Position numbers and translations under genes: made by a program
Part shown: positions 28,377 to 39,076 of the stretch, piece by piece
Position numbering within the stretch: the stretch's first letter is position 1
Layout: every line of letters begins with the position of its first letter
The notes under the pieces: model-generated
What the model was told of the DNA's origin: nothing
Database searches by the model: none
What the model saw: the letters and a program-made list of their open reading frames with translations, nothing else
Assembly: GCA_951812955.1 (NCBI GenBank)
Contig: OX638340.1
Location: forward strand, 3,264,001-3,328,000
DNA: 64,000 nt
Source of the DNA: an uncultured Gemmatimonadota bacterium
GTDB taxonomy: Bacteria > JAAXHH01
Direction: 5' to 3'

Positions 28377-29444
28377 TTATCGCGGTCGGACCGTCCGTCC
28401 ATCCCTTCTTTTAGCAATCGCTTCCAAGTGTTTGCAGTGTGACGGAATTTTTGCTTCGATTTCTAATTCTTCGAGTGTCTTTTTTAACGATTTACCGAAA
28501 GAATACACCGTTTCCTGATTGATAATGTAGGACAGAGATTCTAGGGCAGCCTGAGTAAGAACGATTCCCACGTGAATGGCGCTGCCAGCACTATTCACAT
28601 ACCAATCTATAGCCCGACGAATGGCATCTTTCCATTCTTCCTTGGTATACAATTCCCAGAACCCACGAAAAGATCCGGAAAGACTGCCTCCCCCGTCATG
28701 TTTCGCGAGCCACGTGTGCCTGCTTTCTTGCCAGTGAGTTACGTACTTCGTTCCCCATAGTATGGACTGCTCCCCTCCACTTACATCAATTCCTTTTACA
28801 GATGTAAGACCACACGCCGTGCCACGAGCGAATGAGAAAAAGGTCCCTAATCCGTCTATTAAGGGTAATACGTCACCCACGGTAAACACTTTGTTGTTCA
28901 GAGAGTAAATTGCTCCAGTGTGGGTTATGGCATATCCTCCACTTTGTTTTAGGATCTTCTGATTCTCAAAAAAATTGCGATTTTCTTTAATCTCAATCCG
29001 CCAATGATCGACTTCTAGGATTGCGAACCCAAGTCGTCGATATACTCCATCTATTTCTATGTGTTTATCTTGTGCACCATAAAACGTTATGAAATTGAGT
29101 ATACCGAATCGCACAGATTTAAGTCGGACATCGGACCGAGCTACTGTACAAGGACTCTGAACAGGGCCTAAGGAACCTTTGAATCCAATTACTGAATCCT
29201 TATTGAGACTACATGACTTCAGCTTTACTCGAATCCTTCCGCCGCTCTTCAAGGAAATAAAAAAAGGTTCATACATAAATCTCTGTCGCATAAACAATGG
29301 ATATTCATCGGAATCGATAGAAAACTGTAATCTGGGCGACAGTCGAAGAACCGCGCGAACCTTACAAGGCGTGGATAGACATTGGTCTTGTATGTGAGTG
29401 ATACTTGTATCGTCAAGAACAACTGGTTCATTCGGTTTGCACAT
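28377..29444 (-). CDS. hypothetical protein, 355 aa, no recognisable motif; low-GC island gene between the RM gene and the NLR gene
   Basis: Long clean ORF, ~43% GC, codon usage like neighbours, 44 bp downstream of the RM gene stop on the same strand. Confidence 0.5.
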   Translation of the reverse strand: MCKPNEPVVLDDTSITHIQDQCLSTPCKVRAVLRLSPRLQFSIDSDEYPLFMRQRFMYEPFFISLKSGGRIRVKLKSCSLNKDSVIGFKGSLGPVQSPCTVARSDVRLKSVRFGILNFITFYGAQDKHIEIDGVYRRLGFAILEVDHWRIEIKENRNFFENQKILKQSGGYAITHTGAIYSLNNKVFTVGDVLPLIDGLGTFFSFARGTACGLTSVKGIDVSGGEQSILWGTKYVTHWQESRHTWLAKHDGGGSLSGSFRGFWELYTKEEWKDAIRRAIDWYVNSAGSAIHVGIVLTQAALESLSYIINQETVYSFGKSLKKTLEELEIEAKIPSHCKHLEAIAKRRDGRTVRPR

Positions 29445-29487
29445 AACCTACCGATTATCCTTCAATCACCGTGAAAAGATTCTTAAA

Positions 29488-32400
29488 CTACTCCATCGCC
29501 ATAATGATTCTCGCAATCCGCCTAGCGGTTTCCGTAAAGTACTTAATCTCTTGGGGATTGAGCGCACGCCCGATCACATTGAACTCGCGGTAGGATAGCC
29601 ATTTCTTAAGTACCTGATAGCCGCCAAGCTTGTAGTTCCAGATTTTGGTGGGTACGTTATGCCAGAAGGCGCGGTCGTTCAAATACACGTCCACAGTAGT
29701 TGCACCTAGTGCGGAAATCGCCGTACCTAGGACGGCGCGTTCGTCAGCCGTGTATTTGCGTTCGACGATGCGGCCTTTGCCCGGCATTACCGTGTCGCCC
29801 CGTCCGTAGTGACCCCACCTCGCAGTCACTGCGAAATCATCATCGGTCATATTGCTACCGTGGCTAGTTGTAGGCACGGCAAGCGAAGCGATCTCAGGTG
29901 GTATCGCACCCTGAGTAACGCCCGGTACCGGGGTGTCGGGATCAAATAGACAGGCTAGTTCACGACCCCGGTCGGCCGATTCAGCGAATAACTCAGCGGC
30001 ATTTTTGGTATCCCCATTGGGCCAGCCCGGTAGTGGTATACGCGGCCAGTCCATTGCAAGCGCCCCGGCATTAGCTTCACGATATGTCGGATTGTGGAGG
30101 ATGGTAAGGATGTTGTGGAATAAGTCCTCAGGACTCGCTCGTATACGATGGAGATAGCGTTTGCCAGCCTCAGATAAGTTTGGTAGGTAATGTAATACGT
30201 TGTCACCAGCCCCAAGGACGTCGTTGTTAAGATAGATGGGGAACCATATCGCAGTACGTTCGATTAAATGCATAGCACCAAAGTGTCGGGTAACAATGGT
30301 CTGTGCCTCCGTTACGTCCTTACGAAGATGCTGAGCTGCACACAGCCACAGGTTTTCCTCGAACACCTGTCGCTTGTAGTCGGCACGCTTGTCGTTAAGG
30401 AGTTTAGTCTCTGCTTCCCAGTAAAGCCATCGGATATCGAAGGGGCGGTACGCGAAGCGAATGAACCCGCCTTCGTTCGGTCCGCCGCGTGCGAGTAGTG
30501 TTTCGCGCACAGAGTGAGCGTCAAAATGCCTCGCGGTTTTCATGATAATAGGATATCGCTGGGCAATCTCGTTGTGGCTCAAATTCACGTCGAAATAATC
30601 GGAGACGCGGGCCATTAGTCGATCAAGGTCGATATCGACAAGAAACGAGTCCCGGTTGGTCTTTGCTCCAGGAAATGAGATCGGATAAATATCGGGTAAC
30701 GTAGGCCAGTTGAACCAGCCCTCACTCACCGCCGTACGCACGAACGGCAGGCCAAGCGGCAAAGATGGCTCGATGCGGTCATAAAGTACGTTTGGTTCCG
30801 CATGCGCCGTCGCCATCAGTTCCTTGCGCTTTGTACGTCCCCACAGATGGCGAAATCCGATCTCCACTGCGGGGGTATGATTGTACTTACGTACCAGAGT
30901 TGCAATGGCCGTACCCACCTGAATGCCAACCGGATTGTCCGGCGTCGAAAAGATACTTGGGTCTGGCGAGCCATCGGGAGCGACCTTTCCGGTCTTATAT
31001 TTGTCGCCATTTAAGCAGTCGATCCGAATCGAGTCGAAAACCTTGAGGAAGCGCTCCCTCATACCAGCGAACGACAGCCCGTCGAGCCAGGAATAATTGG
31101 AAATGAAACAGATTACCCCCTGACCGGTTCGCCCAGCAATCCGTCTTTCAGCCATACGGAAGAATCGGATGTATAGATCGATCAGTCCCTTGCTTTTTTC
31201 CATCCGTACTTTGCTTGTCTTACGATAGGCTTCGAAGAGTTCGCGTTCTTCATCAATCGTTACACCGGCAAAGGCATTATAGGGTGGATTACCCAAGATC
31301 ACCAAAACCGGAGTCTCCTGCTTCACTCTCTCGGCCCGGTCACGCTCTTCCTCCAATTCAGGGAACGGCAGCACATTCTTAGTTCGCGGCTCCCATCCAG
31401 TCAGAGCGTTTGTTAGGAAGACTTGGGCTCGTTCCATCCCGTCATCGGAAAACGTCGCATCAAGTGCCTGCATGGTCAACCCGATCTGAAGATGCGATAC
31501 GACAAAAGGCGCGGGCATGATCTCGAAGCCAAACACCCGTTCTAATGCCGCCTGCTTTACCTGCGAACCGACAAGCGCACCGACTCCTTTGTTTTCAAGA
31601 TTGGAAGCAATATTGCGTAACACTTCTGCCAGATAGGTTCCGGTACCGCAGCATGGGTCGAGCACATATACGTTTTCCGCAGCTAGTCCATCTGGAATCC
31701 CCAGATCGTCTTTGAGCGCTTTGTCCACTCGTGTAACCATATAGCGCACTACTTCGATTGGTGTGTACCATACGCCTAGTTGCTTACGCAACCCAGGGTC
31801 GAATGCCTGTAGAAAGGGCTCGTAGAAATAGGTTACCGCTTCGCCTTCATTGAATCGGGTGAAGAAGGTAGTGCGGTCCACACGGTTAAGAGCAGCGGAT
31901 GTCCAATCCAACACTTCCACTAGGCCTAGAGGCTCAAGGCGAGCAGGCTGTGAGAGTTGCTGGAACAGAGATTGCATGATAGGAGCACGTAAATGCCACA
32001 CAGCTTCACGCCAGTTGAACCGCCCTTGTGGCGGTGGCACCTGTCGTGTCCACAAAACCTAGGCGGAAAAAACCCCATAGAATAGTGTCTGCACTAGCGT
32101 TGAATTGAAAAACTGTGTGCCTTTTTCCCCCTCGAATCGGACACCAAGCGCGGCTTCTATCGCAGCCCGCACCGATTCTAGAGACGGCGAATCGTCGACG
32201 GCTTCGACACGAGAGAGCCCATCCCGAGCATAAGATGCTAACAACCACGCTAGGTCCTTAGGCTCGGTAAGCATAGTGCGATGTGACAAAGCTCGGGAAA
32301 GATACTCACCCAAGCCCACGCTGACCTCTCGGGCAAAGGTTCGCGGAGTCGCTAACTTTAGATCAAATTCCTCAGCAGTCTCGGCTACCTTAAAGCACTC

Positions 32401-32829
32401 CAATACCGTCTGCTTCCCGACATCGTCTTCTCCCACCAAAACGAATTCACAAGTGTCGGTCACCAGCACCTGACGATAGCGTGCCCAATACCGGGCGACC
32501 TGTTCGCCGACCGCTGTCGCTGCAGCATCACCAGAGAGTGACTTCACCTCCACAACGCCACGTTCCGGCGCTTGCTCTTCGCGAGGTCTGCCTCTCCTAA
32601 CCTGGTTTTCAGTAAAAAGCCCGAAGTCAGGATGGCCCGCACCTAGATCAGCAAGCTCTCCAACGCAATGCACCTTAGGATTGAGCATTCCACCGATGGC
32701 GTTCAGCAGATTTGCGATTGGTCCATAGCTAGAACGTTCTCCGGTCGCAGCCCCGGAAGCCTTTATTCTCTGCAAATCGGCGAAGTAGAGCTCAACTGCT
32801 GCAGTTAGTTTATTGTTCAATACTGTCAT
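29488..32829 (-). pseudogene. MmeI-like single-polypeptide Type IIG/IIL restriction-modification enzyme (PD-ExK nuclease + gamma-class N6-adenine MTase + TRD), interrupted by one in-frame TAG at 32059-32061
   Basis: N-part (32829-32062): ...LGAGHPDFGLF...GVVEVKSLS... PD-x(n)-ExK. C-part (from 32055): ...VLDPCCGTGTYL (SAM motif I), ...ILGNPPYNA (motif IV), C-terminal TRD. Both parts are in the same frame: TTT TCC GCC TAG GTT TTG TGG. Downstream part could still be translated from TTG/GTG as MTase+TRD. Confidence 0.75.
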
Positions 32830-33224
32830 GATTACAATTATAAGGTTGATGAATGCAGGCGCTATAGTGTGTTAGAGGAGTTATGCGAAAAGCGAGGAGT
32901 GGTGTCTAATGTAACAGCGACCTTTAAATGCGGATGTTTGATGCTCGTAAGAGTCAGGGAATTCGGGTTCTTTTTCTTCAATTTTCAATGTCATCAATGC
33001 GAAACTTCACCCTGACGTATTTGCTGTCTTCGTTTTGTTCAAGCTCTGGTTCAGCGCCGTTGAGCTCGCTAATCGCTTTGCGCATCAACGGCCACACTCT
33101 TCCTCTTTTCCATATATCCTAACTGCCATCTAATTTGCCATCAGTTTATTTTAACGTGCATGTATTCAGATAAAGTACTGTATTAAGTTGAGGACATCCC
33201 AATTGATCTCCTGTTGTTCCGTCC

Positions 33225-33491
33225 TCAGCGATATATCTTATCCCGTCTGCCAACTCGAATTACCAAAACGCGCAACGCTCCGGTCTGTATGTCGCAGATC
33301 ACACGAAAGTCACCGACCCGATATCGCCACAATTTGCCCATCGGTCCGGCCAGTGCCCTTCCCGTGTTTCGTGGATCACTGGAGTCAGCAACGCGTTCTT
33401 CAATGTAATTGACGATGCGCAGTGTCGTCTGCTTGTCGAGCTTGCGAAGATCGTTAAGGGCGGTTTCAGTGTACTCAATCGTCCAGGGCAA
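33225..33491 (-). CDS. RelE/ParE family type II toxin
   Basis: MPWTIEYTETALNDLRKLDKQTTLRIVNYIEE...GKLWRYRVGDFRVICDI... typical RelE/ParE fold sequence; overlaps antitoxin gene by 17 nt. Confidence 0.75.
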   Translation of the reverse strand: MPWTIEYTETALNDLRKLDKQTTLRIVNYIEERVADSSDPRNTGRALAGPMGKLWRYRVGDFRVICDIQTGALRVLVIRVGRRDKIYR

Positions 33492-33702
33492 GGGACTTTC
33501 TCACTTCGGAAGCAGTGTAGACTTTTTCCGTCCCTCTTCTGAGGCGATTCAGTACGTCCGACGCAAAGTAGTAGTCTTCCAGGTCTTCGAGGCCACGCTC
33601 AATGATCTCACGTAAGTGGAAGTCCTTGCTGAGGCTCGTCTTGGATACCAATAACTCAAGCCGCTTTTCATCTTCGGGAGTCAGTTGTATCGAAGTCGCC
33701 AT
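33475..33702 (-). CDS. RHH-type antitoxin (RelB/ParD-like)
   Basis: MATSIQLTPEDEKRLELLVSKTSLSKDFHLREIIERGLEDLEDYYFASDVLNRL...; ribbon-helix-helix N-terminus, immediately upstream of toxin. Confidence 0.65.
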   Translation of the reverse strand: MATSIQLTPEDEKRLELLVSKTSLSKDFHLREIIERGLEDLEDYYFASDVLNRLRRGTEKVYTASEVRKSLALDD

Positions 33703-33949
33703 GTCGGGTAATCCTTTGTCGATTAAACTACAACTGCGAAGAATCATCTAAGTTTCAACGTACTTCATAGAGGTACTTACGTCAATATCCTAATCCTTTT
33801 CGCGCGGACTGAGCCTGTCTTCATCTCAGTATAGTCACAATACTGTGGCCTAAGAAACCCCCCGCCACCCTGCATCCGCAATACCAACCCTTCCCCGCTC
33901 TGCCGCAGGCTATATTATCAGAAGGCGGCTCAAAATCCGGACGTCTGAA

Positions 33950-34984
33950 TCACGCCTCCTCGATAAACTTCTCCACGTCCACGCAGGCCCCGTCCCGTCT
34001 TGCCGATTCCCACCCGGCCAGAATAGGCGCAAGCGACTTGAGCCCATCGTGATAATCGCTCTGAAGCAGGCCGGGATTGTTCGACCTGACCGCTTCGACG
34101 AAGGTCCGGTCCTGGGCGAACCAGGGGTCAAAGGGGTCGGCCTCGTAGACGACCTCGTCATTCAGCTCGATACGCTCGTAGCCGAAGACCGCGAGTCTCC
34201 CGCCGTCGAAGTAGATTTTGAAGTAGGGCTCTTCGCCCGGCCCGGTCGGATCGGATTCGATGAAGGTCAGCGTCGCCGTGGCACCGGCAGACAACTGGTA
34301 GTGAAAAGACGAGGAGAGCGGCGTATGATATTCGTCCGGATGGTACAGGTACGCCTGGGAGCTGTGTACGTCCTGCCCGGTCATGAACCGGGTGTAGTCC
34401 GTGGCGTGCACGCCCCAGTCGAAGAACCGGACGCCGCCTTTCTCCACCTGGTGCGACCACTCGGTCCGGTCGGAGGCGGCCGGCTTGACGTTATGTGAGA
34501 TCTGCTGAAAGCGGACGTGCACCACGCGCTTGTCCTCTAGCAGCCGCCGGGCCTCTTGGAAGATGGGTCGATACCGTTCTCGGAAGCCTACTGTGCTGAT
34601 GACGCCGCCCTTCCGCACGGCCGCGTCGATCCGCTTCGCCAGGGCCATCTCCAGTGCCTGGGGCTTCTCGCTGAAGAGTTGTATGCCTCGTTCGGCTGCC
34701 GCGATTTCCACGTCGGTGCGGGCGAAGGCCGGTACGATAGACCACAATGCGTCGGGCTGTTCGGTTTCGAGCATTTCGTGGGCGTCCGAATATGTACGGG
34801 CGACCCCGAACTGCGCAGCCGCTTCACTGAGCGCGGTTTCGTTGATGTCACACAGCGCCGTGATTTCGGCACCGTCGATCCGGCTCAGGTTGGGCAGGTG
34901 CGTGGCCTGGGCAAACCTGCCGGTACCGTAAACGGCAACGCGGACGGGTCGATCAGTCATGGATGTTCTCCTAATCTCCTTCAC
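33950..34984 (-). CDS. Gfo/Idh/MocA family NAD(P)-dependent oxidoreductase
   Basis: ...VRVAVYGTGRFAQATHLPNL... Rossmann N-terminus and C-terminal GFO/IDH/MocA domain; high GC (core genome resumes). Confidence 0.8.
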   Translation of the reverse strand: MKEIRRTSMTDRPVRVAVYGTGRFAQATHLPNLSRIDGAEITALCDINETALSEAAAQFGVARTYSDAHEMLETEQPDALWSIVPAFARTDVEIAAAERGIQLFSEKPQALEMALAKRIDAAVRKGGVISTVGFRERYRPIFQEARRLLEDKRVVHVRFQQISHNVKPAASDRTEWSHQVEKGGVRFFDWGVHATDYTRFMTGQDVHSSQAYLYHPDEYHTPLSSSFHYQLSAGATATLTFIESDPTGPGEEPYFKIYFDGGRLAVFGYERIELNDEVVYEADPFDPWFAQDRTFVEAVRSNNPGLLQSDYHDGLKSLAPILAGWESARRDGACVDVEKFIEEA

Positions 34985-35073
34985 GCCGGCGTGGTGTGGC
35001 GCGGTGCGACCGATGCGGTCCGGCCGGTGCGGCTATTGCTATTCCTGAATACTGATCTCTATCGATCGCCGGA

Positions 35074-36114
35074 CTATACGGACGGCATTTCCACGCTTAG
35101 TTCGGCCGCGGTTTCCGAGATCGAGTCCCAGGTCTTTTCCGGAATGTAAATCCCTTCGGCCAACCGCTTCCGCTTGGCGACTTCTTCGATCTCCCCCGGG
35201 GCGTACACCTTCTCGAATCCCGGCAGGGGTTTCGCCGAACCCACGTAGGCCACGTGGGCTTCGATTTCTGCGGTGTATGCGTCCAGGTCCATGAAGGCCC
35301 CGATGTCCATGGCGGCGATCAGGATCCCGCCGCCGCCCTTGCCACCCGTACACCCGGCCCTGGACAGGGGGCCGATGATCATCTCGATCATCATGGCCAG
35401 GCCGTGCCCCTTGTGGCCGAACTGCAGGCCGCCCAGGGGCAGCACGGCCACCTGGTCCGGTTCGGCGTGATACCGGCTCCCGTCGTTGACGTAGCGGCCC
35501 TGCTGGTCAATCAACCAGCCATCTGGCATCGGCTCACCGCGTTCGATCTTCTGTTCCACCTTGCCGCCCGCGACCACGCTGAGCGTCATGTCCAGCATGA
35601 GCGGCGGCCCCTTCTCCCGGGGCACGGCGAAGGCGATGGGCTCGGGACGGAGGCGCCGGTCGGCGCTACCGAAGGGCGCCACGAATTCGCCGCCGCCGTT
35701 CAACCCGACCATGCCGATCATGCCGTGTTCGGCGATCCGCGGAGGAAAGTCCCCCAGCCGGCCGATATGGGAAACGTTGCGCAGGGCGACCAGGCCGATC
35801 GCGGCGTTCCGCGCTTTTTCAACCGCGATGGAGAGCGCTTTCGTAACCGCCACGATGCCGTTTGCGCCGTTCCCGTCGACTTGCGCAAAGCCGGGTCGGT
35901 CTACGATCACGGAATGGTCTTCCCACGGCTTGTAATCCGACTGCAGGGACGGGACGTAACGCGGCATGAACCACACGCCGTGGGAATCGTGCCCGAGCAG
36001 ATTGCTGGTCGTCAGGTGATCGGCGAGAATATGCGCGTCGTCTTCTGGGATGCCGGTCGCCTCGAAGATCGACCGGCTCAGGCTGTTCAGCTTGTCGTAG
36101 GGCACTACGGGCAT
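35074..36114 (-). CDS. Ldh_2 family (malate/L-lactate/ureidoglycolate/sulfolactate dehydrogenase-like) oxidoreductase
   Basis: ...GHDSHGVW..., ...HIGRLGDF..., ...GHKGHGLAMMIE... characteristic of Ldh_2 family; start at MPVVPYDKL (ATG 36112-36114); track N-terminal extension is translation of upstream tandem repeats. Confidence 0.75.
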   Translation of the reverse strand: MPVVPYDKLNSLSRSIFEATGIPEDDAHILADHLTTSNLLGHDSHGVWFMPRYVPSLQSDYKPWEDHSVIVDRPGFAQVDGNGANGIVAVTKALSIAVEKARNAAIGLVALRNVSHIGRLGDFPPRIAEHGMIGMVGLNGGGEFVAPFGSADRRLRPEPIAFAVPREKGPPLMLDMTLSVVAGGKVEQKIERGEPMPDGWLIDQQGRYVNDGSRYHAEPDQVAVLPLGGLQFGHKGHGLAMMIEMIIGPLSRAGCTGGKGGGGILIAAMDIGAFMDLDAYTAEIEAHVAYVGSAKPLPGFEKVYAPGEIEEVAKRKRLAEGIYIPEKTWDSISETAAELSVEMPSV

Positions 36115-36159
36115 GGGCCAACTCCTCTGGAATCTGAAGTTTGCTAACGCTGGGCATGG

Positions 36160-36270
36160 GCGTCGAGCCGGATCTCGCGGACCAGGAGGATCGAGCGCGA
36201 ACCGCGCCGGATCTGCAGGACCAGAAGAATCGAGCGAGGTTCGAGCCGGATCTGCAGGATCAGATGAGTA
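36160..36270 (-). repeat. 3 x ~38-bp imperfect tandem repeat directly upstream of Ldh_2-family gene start
   Basis: CGAGCCGGATCTCGCGGACCAGGAGGAT / CGAGCGCGAACCGCGCCGGATCTGCAGGACCAGAAGAAT / CGAGCGAGGTTCGAGCCGGATCTGCAGGATCAGATGAGT. Confidence 0.8.
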
Positions 36271-36524
36271 AAATATCACATCGCGGGTCAATGACAATCA
36301 GAATTGCGAATGACCTTGACTAGCCATAACGACATGAATATATTGGCACAATGAACCATATTGGCATTGCCAAAATGGCCATATCGGGACATATGACAGA
36401 ATGACATGATCTGAGCGGACTGGATATTCCCGCGTGCGGTTCCGTTGTTTTGATGAATTAACGATATAAATTACAACATCTTAAGTATGTATTCGAGTGA
36501 TGCGCAGATTGAAGAAGGTCGATG

Positions 36525-36540
36525 TTGGCACGGAAATTGC
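36525..36540 (+). promoter_or_regulatory. putative sigma-54 (-24/-12) promoter upstream of groES
   Basis: TGGCACGGAAATTGCA = TGGCAC-N5-TTGCA with GG-N10-GC spacing, ~95 bp upstream of groES ATG. Confidence 0.4.
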
Positions 36541-36635
36541 ACCATTGCACGGAAGGAATATGGACGCTAGCATCGTCAACAATCGTGCTGATTGAAGATC
36601 AGCGTACTTTTCACAATGGAAAGGAGCAGTAAACG

Positions 36636-36923
36636 ATGAACGTACAACCTTTGGGCGACCGCGTCCTGGTCAAGCGCCTCGAGGAAGAAGAGGTACAGCG
36701 CGGCGGTATCATCATTCCCGATACGGCGAAGGAAAAGCCGCAGCAGGGCGAGGTCGTGGCGGCCGGTCCGGGTCGCGTCGGCGACAACGGCGGCCGCGTG
36801 GAGCTGGAAGTCAAGGTCGGGGACAAGATCCTCTTTGGCAAATACTCCGGCACGGAAGTCAAGCTGGATGACGATGAGTATCTCATGATGCGCGAGGAAG
36901 ACATCCTGGGTATCGTGTCGTAG
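36636..36923 (+). CDS. groES: co-chaperonin GroES
   Basis: [14 protein letters not shown]...[24 protein letters not shown]... canonical. Confidence 0.95.
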   Translation: MNVQPLGDRVLVKRLEEEEVQRGGIIIPDTAKEKPQQGEVVAAGPGRVGDNGGRVELEVKVGDKILFGKYSGTEVKLDDDEYLMMREEDILGIVS

Positions 36924-36967
36924 AGAATCACGTGTTGAACCGCAGCCGCGATCGGGCTTGCGGATGA

Positions 36968-38638
<1,671 letters not shown>

Positions 38639-38716
38639 TGCCTGCCGGGCAGTCCAAATGCATGAAGACCGGCGCCGGCTGTTCAAGTCGGCGCCGGTTT
38701 TGTTAGGAAGGAATAC

Positions 38717-39067
38717 ATGCCTACCTACCAGTATCGCTGCAACGAATGCAATTACGAGTTTTCCGAGTTCCAGTCGATTACCGCAGATCCCCTATCGACG
38801 TGCCCGGAATGCGGCGGCGCCGTGCAACGCCTCATCAGCGGCGGCGCGGGTTTCCTTTTCAAGGGTGACGGATTCTACGCCACGGATTACCGCAGCGAGA
38901 ACTACAAGAAGGCGGAAAAAGCCGATAAGGAATCCTCGTCGGCCAAATCCGACGGGTCCAAGTCCGACGGGTCCGGATCCTCCGACGCTTCAGGTACCGG
39001 CAAAGAGTCGAAATCCAGCGCCTCTTCAAAGGTCGATTCGTCTTCGGGTTCGTCCGAGTCCAACTGA
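38717..39067 (+). CDS. FmdB-family zinc-ribbon protein with Ser/Asp/Gly-rich tail
   Basis: MPTYQYRCNECNYEF...CPECGG... CxxC-x(n)-CxxC FmdB motif. Confidence 0.7.
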   Translation: MPTYQYRCNECNYEFSEFQSITADPLSTCPECGGAVQRLISGGAGFLFKGDGFYATDYRSENYKKAEKADKESSSAKSDGSKSDGSGSSDASGTGKESKSSASSKVDSSSGSSESN

Positions 39068-39076
39068 AGGATCAAC

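Noticed and set aside
36566-36592. CIRCE/HrcA operator call upstream of groES
   Set aside because: Only about 6/9 matches per arm to TTAGCACTC-N9-GAGTGCTAA; reported as a weak look-alike inside a finding, not as a feature.
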